Shown piece after piece: positions 52,801-64,000 of a stretch of 64,000 nucleotides of DNA (positions are counted from its first letter, which is position 1; every line of letters begins with the position of its first letter). Made by a program: the position numbers and the translations under genes. The stretch comes from Felis catus (taxonomy: Eukaryota): the NCBI RefSeq assembly GCF_018350175.1, contig NC_058381.1, positions 1,798,001 to 1,862,000 on the forward strand. The letters run 5' to 3'. The notes below the pieces were generated by a model, which saw only the letters and a program-made list of their open reading frames with translations, made no database searches and had not been told where the DNA came from.

Positions 52801-55800
52801 TTGCTGGGAAGCTCGTAGATCCGAAGACATCTAGAATCGCCTTTGGGGTTTACCAGTTTCGAATGACCTACCTGCTGGAGATTTTTACTTTTTTAGTCAA
52901 AGTGTTTGTTTCTTTTTCTCGTCCAAGCTCCTCGGTCTTAACTCTGTGCCTACGTCTACTCTGCCAAGAGAAGGATCTTTGTAAGCATAGAAGGAAACGC
53001 TGGGATTATAGCTCGAATCTGCTTACGTGGCCCCCGGCCCATTCTCAGCCACTATCCACTCTCCTGGACGACTTCAGTGACCTCAGTCTGGTTCTGCTTC
53101 ACCTACTGACTCCTTATTCCACACGGGAGCCAGTGGTATCTTTTTTTTTTTTTTTTTTTTGGAGAGAGAGACCGAGCGCGAGTGGCAGAAGGGCAGAGAA
53201 AGAGGGAGACACAGAATCGGAAGCAGGCTCCAGGCTCTGAGCTGTCAGCACAAAGCCCGACGCGGGGCTCGAACTCATGAACTGCGAGGTCATGACCTGA
53301 GCCGATGCCGGACAGTTAACCGACTGAGCCACCCAGGCGCCCTGCCAGTGGGATCTTCTCAAATCCCGCGGGGTATGGAGCTACTAAAACGCTCAGATTT
53401 TGCTGATGGGAATGAAATTGGTATACGAATTTCCGAAAACGCTTTGGCAAGATCTATTAGCACTGAATACTTGCATAACTTAATCAGCAGTTTCGGGGTG
53501 CTCCGTCAGTGAAGTGTCCGACTTCAGCTCAGGTCGTGATCTCACGGTTTGTGAGTCAAGCCCCACATCGGCCTCTGCTGTCAACATAGAGCCCGCTTCA
53601 GATCCTCTGTCCCCACCCCTGCCCCTTCCCCCACTTGTGCACCGTCTCTCTCTTAAAAGTAAATAAACGTTTAAAAAAAAAAAGATCAGCAATCCCACCC
53701 TTAAATATCCATCCAGCAGCAGTGCAAACATAAGTTCACCTAACGACATTTACAGGAACATTTATAGCAGCGTTACTTGTAATAAACCCAAATTGGGAGC
53801 CTGTCCAAACATCCATCAACGGTAGGATGTTTAAATGAATTGTGGTATATTCACACGCTGGAATGCACGAGAAATAACAGACTAGAACTCTCTATAATGA
53901 TAGGAGGAGCCTCACAGACGTATATTGAGCTGGAGAAGCCAGACACAAAATTACTACACCGTATGATTCCGTTTGTGTAAAGTGCTGAATGGGCCAAACC
54001 AGCCTGCGGGGCAGAAGTCAGCGTAGTGGGGACTCTTGTCGGTGGGGGGTAGCGCCTGGTGAGGGAGGCACGTCTGGGATTCTGGTAATGACCTGTGTCT
54101 TGGTCGGAGTGCTGGGTACACGGGCGGGTTCGCTTTGTAAAAACGCATTGAGCTGCCTACTAAGGATCTGGCCATGTAGCTGTAGGACTTAAAAAAAAAA
54201 ATTCAAAAAAATTTTCGAAGGCTCAAAACAAGGCAAAACGTCCTTTACTGGTTTCCTGTTGACTTCATAATAAAAATTCACGTTCCTCACAAGGGTGGAC
54301 GTGCTCTGGCCGGTGCCCACGCCGGATCTCATCTCAACCCTCGGGTGCACTGGCCTCTCACGCAGTCAGAGGTGCAAGGTTGAGGCTGCGTACTTCCCAG
54401 TCCCCTGTCTGCAGGGCAGACTCCTCACTTGTGTCTTGTGGGTCGCAGCTCGGACGGCGTCTCATCGAGGCCTTCCTTGAAAATGCTATAAACAGGCGCC
54501 CGGCTGACTCATTCGGTAGAGTTTTCGACTCTTGATCTCGGGGTTGTGAGTTGGAGCCCCACGTGTGGCGTAGAGTTTACTTAAAGTAAAAAACGAATTT
54601 TTTTTTTATATAAAAGTAGGAGCGCCTGGGCTCAGTCGGTTGAACGCCCGGCTCTTAGTTTTGGCTCAGGTCACGTACTCACGGTTTGTGAGTTCGAGCC
54701 CCACATCGGGTTCTGTGCTGACGGGGTGGAACCTGCTTGGGATTCTCTCTCTCCCCCTCTCTCTGACCGTCCCCTGCTCTCTCTTTTTCTCTCGAAAATA
54801 CATAAACAGTAAAAGAAGATAAAAGTGTACTCTTGCCTACAGATGAAATTTAAAGGAGATAGTAGGTGATGATTAAAATGAAAACAGAAGACGCTGTGAA
54901 CAGTGGCATTCCGCCTGCCCTCGGAAGGAGCCCTTCAGGACAGCGTCCTGCTTTCTTTCCTCGGTGAGACCTCCGATCTGAAATCCTCCTGCTCATTTGT
55001 TTGCTTTGTTCACAGACTATTAATCAAGCCCCTGTCGAGTACAAGGCCCCGGACTAGGCACTCGGCACACAACAGGTGCCACACGGTAGCCAGCAAAACA
55101 GGCCGTCCGTGCTCTCACCGGGCTTCCTTCTCCCTTCCTCGATCGTGTGTGTCCTCCACCACGGGCCCAGCTTCAGGGAGAGCAGGGACTTGGCCTGTGT
55201 CCCCGTAGTGTAGTGTCGCTTAGGAGTGGCCCAGGGCCTGGAGGTGGGAAGAACGCAGCTGGGAGTGAGCGTGGGTAGGGGGGCATCCTCGGGGGGGGGA
55301 GGGGGCTCCCCCAAAGCAGGCTGGTTGGATTGTGGGGAGGGGAGGGTGGTTGGGTCTGGAGGAGGGGTGGATGTGACAGCGGGCGAGGGAGGAGTGTCAC
55401 TGTGGCCAGAGAAACAGGCAAAGGTGAGCCCTGTCCCCGGGAGTTTCGTCCATCAGAGACATGGGGGGCTGTGCTGGGGAGACCTCTGGTCTTCGGGCCC
55501 TTGAGGATGTTAAACTACCCTGACCTTCCAGAACAGGAGGGCTCAGAGGATGGGGTCTGGAGCCCCCCCCCCTACTTCTGACAGACACGGGGTGCCTTCT
55601 CCGCCACACTGGCCTGAGTTCTGAGTGTGTGGGGTGCAGGGTGGGCATCCGGGTGCACGGACTGGGCCACGGGTGGGATGACCCCCCTGCCACCGTGCTC
55701 CCGGCCCCAGTGTCCTCGCACCCACCCTCTGTGTCCCTCGTCATCCTGCCCAGATAACCCGCTTTGACCCGGCACCGGGCCCTTGTAGAGAGGCGTCCTC

Positions 55801-56241
55801 AGCATCTGCTGCACCAGCAGGGACGGGGGAGGGGGGTCAGGGGGGCGCAAGGAGCACGTCCTCCCTCCCTCCCTCCTTCCTCCTCTTTTCCCTTGGACCT
55901 TCAGCTCAGGACCCCGGGGCTCCTCCAAGACTCGCGGGGGCTCCGTTTCAGGGGGCAGAGGGGAGGCTCCAGGGCCCCACCACGCCGCGGCCACCCCTCC
56001 CCGGGCAGCTGTCCCCCCGCCCCAACGATCCGAGCCCCGCAGAGTGGCCCCCGGGCCGGCCTCTCACCATCAGGCCCCCGCCGATGAAGCCGGCCATGAG
56101 CCACACTTGCAGGCTGAGGTGGCCGTCGGTCCAGGTGGTCTTGCCGCCTGGCACCAGCAGGAGGGCGTTGGCCAGGATGCAGAGCAGGGACAGGGGGATG
56201 AGGGTGAGGCCCACGCAGCGCGCACACTTCCCAGTGCACAT
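49878..56241 (-). CDS. TM4SF5: Transmembrane 4 L six family member 5, 196 aa, 5 exons
   Basis: Exons 56068-56241, 50944-51024, 50463-50599, 49970-50153, 49878-49892 (591 nt); starts MCTGKCARC; Cys-rich loop [12 protein letters not shown]; sequons NRT and NVT; AATAAA 49817-49822. Confidence 0.96.
50298..50449 (+). repeat. GC-rich 23-bp minisatellite, about 6 copies, in TM4SF5 intron 3
   Basis: Unit GGCGGGCGACGAGGGGCGGCGGG starting at 50298, 50321, 50344, 50367 (with an extra 10 nt), 50400, 50423. Confidence 0.9.
51423..51738. mobile_element. Feline L1 3' terminus (+, about 51423-51542) abutting a SINE (-, about 51543-51738)
   Basis: GGGTGATGGGTATTGAGGGGGGCACCTGTTGGGATGAGCACTGGGTGTTGTA…AATAAA matches the carnivore L1 3' end. 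Confidence 0.85.
53141..54822. mobile_element. SINEs and old L1 fragment in TM4SF5 intron 1
   Basis: SINEs at about 53141-53343(-), 53495-53682(+), 54495-54595(+), 54619-54822(+); L1 3'-like sequence about 53380-54200. Confidence 0.82.
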
Positions 56242-56327
56242 GGTGGGGCGCTTTCGAGGAGAGCGGGTGAGTGAAAGTGAGCCGCAGGGACTCCCAGCCA
56301 CCGGCAGAGGAAAACAATTCAGGAGCA

Positions 56328-56486
56328 AGGTACAAAGGTTGGAGCAGGGGTGTGGCAGGCACTGGCAGGGAGAGAGATAAGGGAGAGCGGCAGGGGAGCC
56401 GGCAGAGAGCAGGCAGAGGCCGAGGGGCTGCTGCCGTGGGGTAGGGGGGAGGCGGTGGGAGGCTGGGGAGCCTGACACAGGAAGTG
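56328..56486. promoter_or_regulatory. TM4SF5 proximal promoter motifs (HNF4-like, GATA, ETS)
   Basis: GGTACAAAGGTTG about 56329-56341; AGATAA 56375-56380; CAGGAAGTG about 56478-56486. Confidence 0.4.
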
Positions 56487-56949
56487 GCCTGAGGTCAGCG
56501 TGTGCTTCCTCCTTTGGGTGCACACCTCTCTGCATCCCCCCCTCCCCGTCGCGTGTGACAGCCCAGGCCCCGATGCCCTGATTCTGGGATGCCTCCCAGG
56601 CATAAGGGGTGTAGTGATGCCCCCCATCACTCGTGGTGGGTCGTGGGGATTCAACGGGACAGCGTGAGAAGTGTTTTGTAAGCAGGGATGCGCTAAGCAG
56701 ATGTGCGGTGGCCCTGTCCTTTCCCGTGGTCCCCCAGGAAGGGCCCTCCTGGAAAGAAACTAAGAGGATGGCGGGGGACCCTCGGTGTCCCCTCCACATC
56801 TCCTGCCACTGTGTGGTTATCAAGCCCTCCTCCTCCTGGTGAGGCCACCGCCTGTCTCTCAGGGTGGGACCAATTGATTAGAACATTCTATGCCTCCAGC
56901 CTCAGTGTTTGATTCAGTGATGGCCACGGGATCCAAGCCGCTCCCGTGA

Positions 56950-57200
56950 GAGTTCGTTTCTGCTTTGGGTCGTCGGCCTGGGGTCCTCGAAGTCCTGTTT
57001 CTGTCAGGGATGCTGAAGTTGCTGGTGGTGGCCGACACAAGGGAAGGCCTGCCTGCTGGGGAGCGGAGTCAGTCGAGGGGAAGGTGCAAAAGCTGGAGAC
57101 AAACAGTCCTGATGGCATTGTCTGAACTTGCAGATCAAGCCATGCCTGAAGCCTGATCGGTCCTTCAAGGTGTTGGCGAGCCGGTTTGAGAGGCGTTTCT
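56950..57200 (+). mobile_element. MLT1-like MaLR LTR remnant
   Basis: GTCCTGATGGCATTGTCTGAACTTGCAGATCAAGCCATGCCTGAAGCC resembles late MLT1 subfamilies. Confidence 0.5.
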
Positions 57201-57839
57201 CTCTCACTGTGGAGAATCTTTTTCCATACGGAGATGCATTCATGAGGCTCCTGCTGTGGGCAGGGCCCGGGGCGTGAGACCCAGCTGTGGGCATCGTGGG
57301 AAGCAGAAAGGAAAGTGTAGGCCCAGGTAGGATGTGGAGTGTGCAGGCGGGGTGACAGGACATCAGAGGGACACCTGAGAACATCACGCACACGGCCACA
57401 CGGCCGTGTCCAGCCAGTGGCCTCTCGTGTGGCTGTTCCAAGCAGCCCACTGAAGCCACTAGGGAGACGTGGACAGTGCAGAAAGCTCACTGCTCAGATG
57501 AATGCCAGACTCTGGGAGGGACTCCTCCTATTTATAAGACAACTGGATGGAGAAAAAAAACCTATGAAGAATTTGCCTCTTGAATCAGAGGGTACCTAGA
57601 ACAAGAAAATACTTTGAACTTCCCCCAACGCCCCGCCTCAGACTCACGGACACGTGACAACTCGTATTTGGTTTTGCTGAATGCCTTAAAAACATTTCCA
57701 CGTTATTTCTGATGTGTCTCTTCATTAATTTTTCTGTCTCTTTTCATTAATTTTTTTTTTTTTTGCATTCTTCTGTGTTCCAGAAGGCATATTTGAAATC
57801 CTGGTAATAGTTGCTTGTAAGCATTGCAGAAGTATTCTT

Positions 57840-57914
57840 TTATTATTTTTGTATTTAAAATTTTTTTTAATGTTTATTTTTGAGAGAGAGAGACAGCATG
57901 AGCGGGGGAGGGGC

Positions 57915-57959
<45 letters not shown>

Positions 57960-59938
57960 ATCTGAAGCAGGCTCCAGGCTTTGAGCTGTCAGCACTGCGC
58001 CCCACGCAGGGCTCGAACCCACGAACTGTGAGATCATGACCTGAGGTGAAGTTGGACGCTTAACCGACTGAGCCACCCAGGTGCCCCAAAAGTATTCTTA
58101 AAAAAAAAAAGTTTATTATTTTTGAGAGAGAGAGAGAGAGAGGGCATGAGCAGTGTAGGGGCAGAGAGAGGAGGACAGAGCATCCAAAGCAGGCTCTGAG
58201 CTGACAGCAGAGAGCCGGATGTGGGGCTTGAACTGACGAACCAGGAGATCGTGACCTGAGCAGAAGTTGGACGCTTAACCAACTGAACCCCCATCCCTGC
58301 ATCCCTGCAGCCTCCTTTGACGGGTTCGGTCCAGCTGGTTTCTGTGCTGGGCTTTATAGCTTATGGCCAGAAGTGACGTTCACTGTCAGAGCAATATCGT
58401 GTCCCCCAGTGGAGGGCCTTCCCACTGCCCGCCCTGAGAGGGACTCAGCCCTGCCCCCACAGGCAGAGTGGGATCCAGAGCAATCTACGTATCTGTCTAC
58501 AGGTTCATCAACACTGAGTCTGACAGGTGGGTCTGCTTTTTAGGTGAGTAAAGAGAAAAAGAAGCAGGTGAGGGGTGGTCTACAGGTATTCCTGATGTTA
58601 CGTTTATACAATTCTGTGTGTCTCAAACAGTGGCAAAAATATCATAGGGATGGGGCGCCTGGCTGGCTCAGCTGGAAGAGCACGGACGTGACTTGATCTC
58701 GGGGCTGTGAGTTCAAGCCCCGCGTTGGGTGTGGAGAATACCGAAAACAAACAAACTTTTTAAAAAACCAAAGGGATTCTGAAAAAAGTTCTGCAAAACA
58801 AGCGAAGGGGTCATCATCCTGGAGACTAAAAGGAGAACGCTGGAGAAATATTTACTTTAGGGTTTGGATGGGATTTTCAGGAAGGTTTTCGCCAGGACTC
58901 TCTCTGGGAAGCGGGAGCAGTTTACCGAGAAAGAAAGGGCCGCGATGAGAGGGCGCCCCCGCGTATTTGGGGGAGAAAAGGGAGAATGGCACAGAACCGC
59001 CAAATGCGCCCAGAGAATCCAAGCCCAGACCCGCTGGAGAGCTGGAAGGTAACTGGGCCCGTGTGGATGAGGCGCGCGGGGGACACGCTCCAGAAAACAC
59101 TCTACTCGGAGAGAGAGCAGCAGTTAAAGCAGCAGAAGGGACGCTGATGGGACGGAGACGCTGGGTGAGCAAACTGTTCCCGGAGACCCTGTGGAGCTGG
59201 TGGCCGTGACCCACCATTCACAGCCTGTGCCGGGAGGAGGCTGCCTTGGGCGCAGATCCACTTGAGTCAGCTTCTGGAAAGGCACATGGCGTCCTGGGGA
59301 AAATGTGAAAAGCAAACTGAGGGGGCGCCTGGGTGGCTCAGTCCCTTAAGCGCCCGACTCAGGTCATGATCTCACGGTTCGTGGGTTTGAGCCCCACGTC
59401 AGGTTCAGTGCTGACAGCGCAGAGCCTGCTTGGGATTCTGTCTCTCTGCCTCTCCCCCAATGGCACGCGCTCTCTCTCTTTTAAAAATTTAAAAAAAATT
59501 TTTTTTTAACGTTTATTTATTTTTGAGACAGAGAGAGACAGAGCATGAACGGGGGAGGGTCAGAGAGAGGGGGAGACACAGAATCCGAAACAGGCTCCAG
59601 GCTCTGAGCTGTCAGCACAGAGCCCGACGAGGGGCTCGAACTCACCGACCGTGAGATCATGACCTGAGCCGAAGTCAGCCGCTTAACCGACTGAGCCACC
59701 CAGGTGCCCCTCTTTTAAATTTTTTTTAATGTTTTTATTTTATTTTTGAGAGAGAGACAGAGAATGAGCAGGGGAGGGGCAGAGAGATAAGGAGACACAG
59801 AATCTGAAGCAGGTTCCAGGCTCCGAGCTGTCAGCACAGAACCTGACGTGGGACTCGAACCCACGAACCATGAGATCATGAGATCGTGACCTGAGCTGAC
59901 GTCGGACACTTACCCAACTGAGCCACTCAGGCGCCCCC
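57840..59938. mobile_element. CAN-SINE cluster
   Basis: SINEs at about 57840-58087(-), 58110-58295(-), 58652-58765(+), 59322-59497(+), 59499-59710(-), 59712-59938(-). Confidence 0.88.
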
Positions 59939-60649
59939 ATCTCTCTCTCTCTTAAAAATAAAATAAACATTACACTAAAAAAAAAAAATCTAGATTCATC
60001 TCGAAGAGCCATGTCATTGAAGGGTACGTGTAGGCAGAAGGCAGAATTAAAGGTCACCTAGAAAGAAACAAAAGTGATCTGGCTAGAGATTTCTCTGCGT
60101 CACTAAATACTGGAAGACAGAGGAACAACATCTACAGTTCTGAGAGCGAAAAAAAAAAAACAAAAAAACAAAACACAACTATGACTTAATTGTATAAATA
60201 TCCAAGGTACTTTCTGTGTATGAAGGGCAGTAGAATTGCATTTCTGAGAAGGCTTGGGTTTGAGATTCCACTGCGTCTCTTTCTTCTCCTTTTTTTTTTT
60301 TTTTTAAGAAAGCATTTTAAGTCACCAAGAGATGTAGTCAAAGAAAAACTCCAAAATGGGGAAGTCTTGACGTGACTGTAAATAATTTTCGTCAATGTAG
60401 TTATGAAACTGAATGTAAGTTTCAGAAAGGAAATCCTTTTAAAGCGAAAAAATATACATAAATTCCAAAAATGACATTAAACAGTAGTCAGGATGTCAAC
60501 TGCTTATCGCCTGCTGTGCCCAGAGTCCGTTTTAAAGAAATGTACATGAAATAACAGAAAACCCACCTCTGCTGAAACAAAAGGGGAATTTGTTGGTTCA
60601 GGTGATCCAAACGTTCAAAGGTAGAACTAAGTTTCAAGCATGATTCATA

Positions 60650-61173
60650 AAGGGATCATTGATAAGCTGGACTTCATCAATATTAACAACTTCTGCTCTG
60701 CAAGAGACACTGTCAAGGGAGGGAGAAGGAAGGTAAGCCACAGACTCGGAGAAAATACTTGGAAAAGACACATCTGATAAAGGACTGTTCCCCCAAATAT
60801 ACAAAGATCCCTTAAAACTCAACAATAATAATAAAATAAATAAATAAAAAGAACAAGGGGTTTAAAAAATTGGACAAAAGACCCAAATAGACACCTCAGC
60901 AAAGAGGATGTACAAGTGGCGAATAGCGTATGAAAAGATATACCACAGGGGCGCCTGGCGGCTCAGGCGGTTGAGTGTTGCACTTCGGCTCAGGTCATGA
61001 TCTCGTGGTCCGTGGGATCGAGCCCCGTGTCGGGCTCTGTGCTGACAGCTCGGAGCCTGGAGCCTGCTTGGGATTCTGTGTCTCCCTCCCTCTCTGCCCC
61101 TTCCCTGCTGGTGCTCGCAATCTCTCTCTCTCTCTCTCTCTGAAAAATAAATAAAAATTAAAAAAAAAAAAAA
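60650..61173 (+). mobile_element. L1 ORF2 3' fragment followed by SINE 60948-61173
   Basis: GACTTCATCAATATTAACAACTTCTGCTCTGCAAGAGACAC…CTTAAAACTCAACAAT…AGACACCTCAGCAAAGAGGAT. Confidence 0.85.
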
Positions 61174-61371
61174 AGATCGCAGGTGGTTCCTCGGTTTTGG
61201 GTCCCAGTAACCGAATGGACAGGCGTTTTGTTTCCTGCGGTGGGGGAGTCAAGGCCGTGGAGGCGGAAGGTGGGAAGGAAGACCCCTTAACCTCTTCCCC
61301 GTTACCCCCCAGGAGAGGACGCGCCTAAGCGTTGCAGTGAAGGCTGCTTAACCCCTTATAAAGTCGCAAGC

Positions 61372-61900
61372 CGTTGGCCCTTCAACGGTGTGGGGGTGGG
61401 GAGTCGAAACCCACGTGTAACTTCTGATCTCCCCCACCCCCCACCCCGCCAACTTGAGAGTGATGTACTACCATAGACCAGAAGCCTTTCCGAGAACACG
61501 AGCAGTCGACGAATACATCTTTTGTATATTATAAACTGTATTCTTGCAATAAAACAACAGAAGGGGCGCCCGGGTGGCTCAGTGGGTCGAGCGCCCGACT
61601 CCCAATTTCGGCTCAGGTCGTGATCTCCTGGTCGTGGGTTGGAGCCCCGCGTGGGGCTGTGCTGATGGTGCGGAGCCGGCTTGGGTGGGTGGGGGGGGGT
61701 CTCTGTCTCTCTGCCCCTCCCCCACTCGCGCAAGCGCACGCGTGCTCTCTTTCTCTCTCTAAAGTAAAAACAGAAGAGTGTTAGTGAGAAAGTCATAAGG
61801 AAGAGAAAATACATTTACAGCACCGTACTGTATTTATTGCAAAAACCCGTGTATATAGGGACCCACGCAGTTCGAACCCATGTTGTTCAAGAGTCAATTG
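61372..61900 (+). mobile_element. Tigger2a-like DNA transposon with nested SINE (about 61563-61768)
   Basis: TIR-like ends CGTTGGCCCTTCAAC and GTTGTTCAAGAGTCAATTG|TA; internal CATAAGGAAGAGAAAATACATTTAC. Confidence 0.75.
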
Positions 61901-61992
61901 TACATTTATTTCAGGGTCCCTCTCTGCTCAGTGCTACTGAGAGGTGTGGGTCACATCCTAATTAGGGACCGCTGAGCAGCAAGGAAGAGCCC

Positions 61993-62007
61993 CCAGCAGG
62001 GGGCAGC
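61993..62007 (+). promoter_or_regulatory. Candidate CTCF site
   Basis: CCAGCAGGGGGCAGC matches the CTCF core consensus. Confidence 0.5.
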
Positions 62008-62073
62008 CTGGCTGGGACCACGTGATGCTCTGTCCCCTCCATAGGTTCCCCTCTGGCTGGCCCTTCTGGGTGA

Positions 62074-62625
62074 TGTATTCATCTGCTGGGGCTGAGGAGC
62101 AAAGGACCACGGACCTGGGGGCTTAAACAGCAGAAATTTACTCTTACGGTTCTGGAAGCCCGAAGGCCAGCATCTTCTTCTTTTTTATTTTTTAAACATT
62201 TATTAATTTTTGAAAGACAGAGCGTAAGCGGGGGAGGGGCAGAGAGAGAGGGTGACACAGAATCCAAAGCAGGCTGCAGGCTCTGAGCTGTCAGCACAGA
62301 GCCCGACACGGGGCTCGAACCCACGGACCGTGAGATCACGACCTGAGCCAAAGTCGGACGCCCAACCGAGCCACCCAGGTGCCCCTGGCCTGGCTGCTTC
62401 TGAGTGCGCTTTCTCTGGCTTCCTTCTCCCTGCGACTTCGCGTGATCTTCCCTCTGTACGTGTCTGTGCCCCAATTTCCTCTTTTTATAAGGACATCGGT
62501 CATTTTGGGTAAAGCCCCACTGTGGTGACCTCACTTTAACTTATTTAAAGACCCTACTTCTGGATACAGCCACATGTTGAAGTCCTGGAGCCTAGGACTT
62601 CAACATAGGACTTTACAGGAGCCAC
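62074..62625 (-). mobile_element. MLT1A/B-like MaLR LTR with nested SINE (about 62180-62385)
   Basis: GGCTTAAACAGCAGAAATTTA…GTTCTGGAAGC; CTTTTTATAAGGACA; TAGGACTTCAACATA. Confidence 0.75.
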
Positions 62626-62761
62626 AGTGGGGCACTAACAGGTGCGGAAACCTCCTTTCCAACCTTGGGGCCAGATTGGAACAGATTGGAACCGCGGGGC
62701 CAGATTGTGTCTGTAATTCTGTCACTATTATCTGGGGAGGGCAGGAAGGCGATGTGTTTAA

Positions 62762-63244
62762 TTTTTCTTTTTTTTTTTTTAACATTTATTTATTTTTGAG
62801 ACAGAGAGAGACAGAGCATGAACGGGGGAGGGTCAGAGAGAGAGGGAGACATAGAATCGGAAACAGGCTCCAGGCTCTGAGCTGTCAGCACAGAGCCCAA
62901 TGTGGGGCTTGAACTCACGAACCGTGAGATCATGACCTGAGCCGAAGTCGGACACTTAACCGACCGAGCCACCCAGGCGCCCCAGTTTAATTTCTTGATT
63001 AATTGCCATGTTATTTTGCTCTCAACTTTGCACCAAGAAATGCAAGTTAAAAATGCTTTTTTAGGGGCGCCTGGGTGGCTCAGTCGGTTAAGCGTCTGTT
63101 GATTTCAGCTCAGGTCATGTTCTCACTGTTCCTGAGTTCGAGCTCCGTTTCTGGCTCTGGACTGATGATGCAGAGCCTACTTGGGATTCTCTCTCTCTCT
63201 CTGTGCCTTTCCCCCGCTCACATGTACTCGCTCTGTCTCTAAAA

Positions 63245-63279
<35 letters not shown>

Positions 63280-63779
63280 AAATAAAATCTTTTAAAAATA
63301 TGTAATGGGTTGGGATGGGAAGATGTGACATAACTCACCAGGCTTTGACAGATGGAGTAGGAAAAAAAAATATGCAAAGGTACAAAGGTATTGAGAATCT
63401 AAGTGATAATAAGTTTGCTTGATTAATTAGCCACTCATTCAACAAATATTTATTGAACCTGGATGATGTACATCAGGCCAGTTGCTGGATACCAGGAATG
63501 CAGCAGTGGTCAGTCATAAATTATCCATCCTGGGGCTTGTGTTCAAATACTTGACCTTTGTATCTTATAAATGGAGAACACACCTTTTCACTGCCAATGA
63601 AACATTCACAAATCAACGTTAGACCCTGAAAGAAATTCCAAGGTCCTCAAACCTGAAACTGACCTGGCCACATTCTCTGACCCCCCAGTGCAATAAACTG
63701 GAAACTTCCAAGCGTTTGTAACAAAACCCAACCCCTTTAGGACCCCGAGGCAGTCCTAAATAAATTTTTTAAAGTGTAT

Positions 63780-63814
<35 letters not shown>

Positions 63815-63909
63815 TTTTTTAGCAATCTCTACACCCAACGTGGTGCTAGAACCCACAACCCCGAGATCAAGAGTCTCAATGCTCCCGAGACTGAGTCAGC
63901 CGGGGGCCC
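62762..63909. mobile_element. Three SINEs with (TA)n and (TTTA)n tails
   Basis: About 62762-62983(-), 63064-63290(+), 63764-63909(-). Confidence 0.85.
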
Positions 63910-64000
63910 TGGCCCTAAATAGTTTTTGACCAATGAGAAAATCCAGATTGTAAACACGGATGATTATAAATAGACTCTGAGACCGTATCATGACGAAACG

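Noticed and set aside
55948-56823. Long N-terminal extension of TM4SF5 (291-aa ORF)
   Set aside because: Upstream part runs through promoter motifs; the family start is MCTGKC at 56241 with ACCATG context
58860-59220. Small CpG-rich patch as an unannotated exon or promoter
   Set aside because: No convincing splice sites or motifs; may be an old L1 5' region or GC-shifted DNA, not resolvable by eye

Overview
Mammalian genomic DNA from a cat-like carnivore: it is dense in tRNA-derived CAN-SINEs of the feline SINEC_Fc type and has three short N gaps. It matches the MINK1-PLD2-C17orf114-PSMB6-GLTPD2-VMO1-TM4SF5 cluster (human 17p13.2 order, read in reverse). Manual splicing at GT-AG junctions gives intact reading frames for PLD2 (24 coding exons, 933 aa, -), PSMB6 (6 exons, 239 aa, -), GLTPD2 (4 exons, 291 aa, -), VMO1 (3 exons, 201 aa, +) and TM4SF5 (5 exons, 196 aa, -). 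It also gives MINK1 coding exon 1 (-; bases 1-9823 are its intron 1) and a two-exon 81-aa microprotein gene matching C17orf114 (+), which the ORF track does not show as one ORF. The rest is SINEs, L1 fragments, Tigger/MER DNA transposons, MaLR LTRs and microsatellites. Main leads: the C17orf114 microprotein with predicted lipid anchor and PDZ-ligand tail; an Arg-rich uORF and paired RFX X-boxes at MINK1; a perfect HNF1 palindrome plus HNF4 site at GLTPD2; an orphan mRNA 3'-end retrocopy inside Tigger1; strong AT-to-GC drift in MINK1 intron 1; and a possible ancient ERV gag relic in TM4SF5 intron 1. Gene and repeat names come from remembered sequences, not from database searches; repeat boundaries are approximate.
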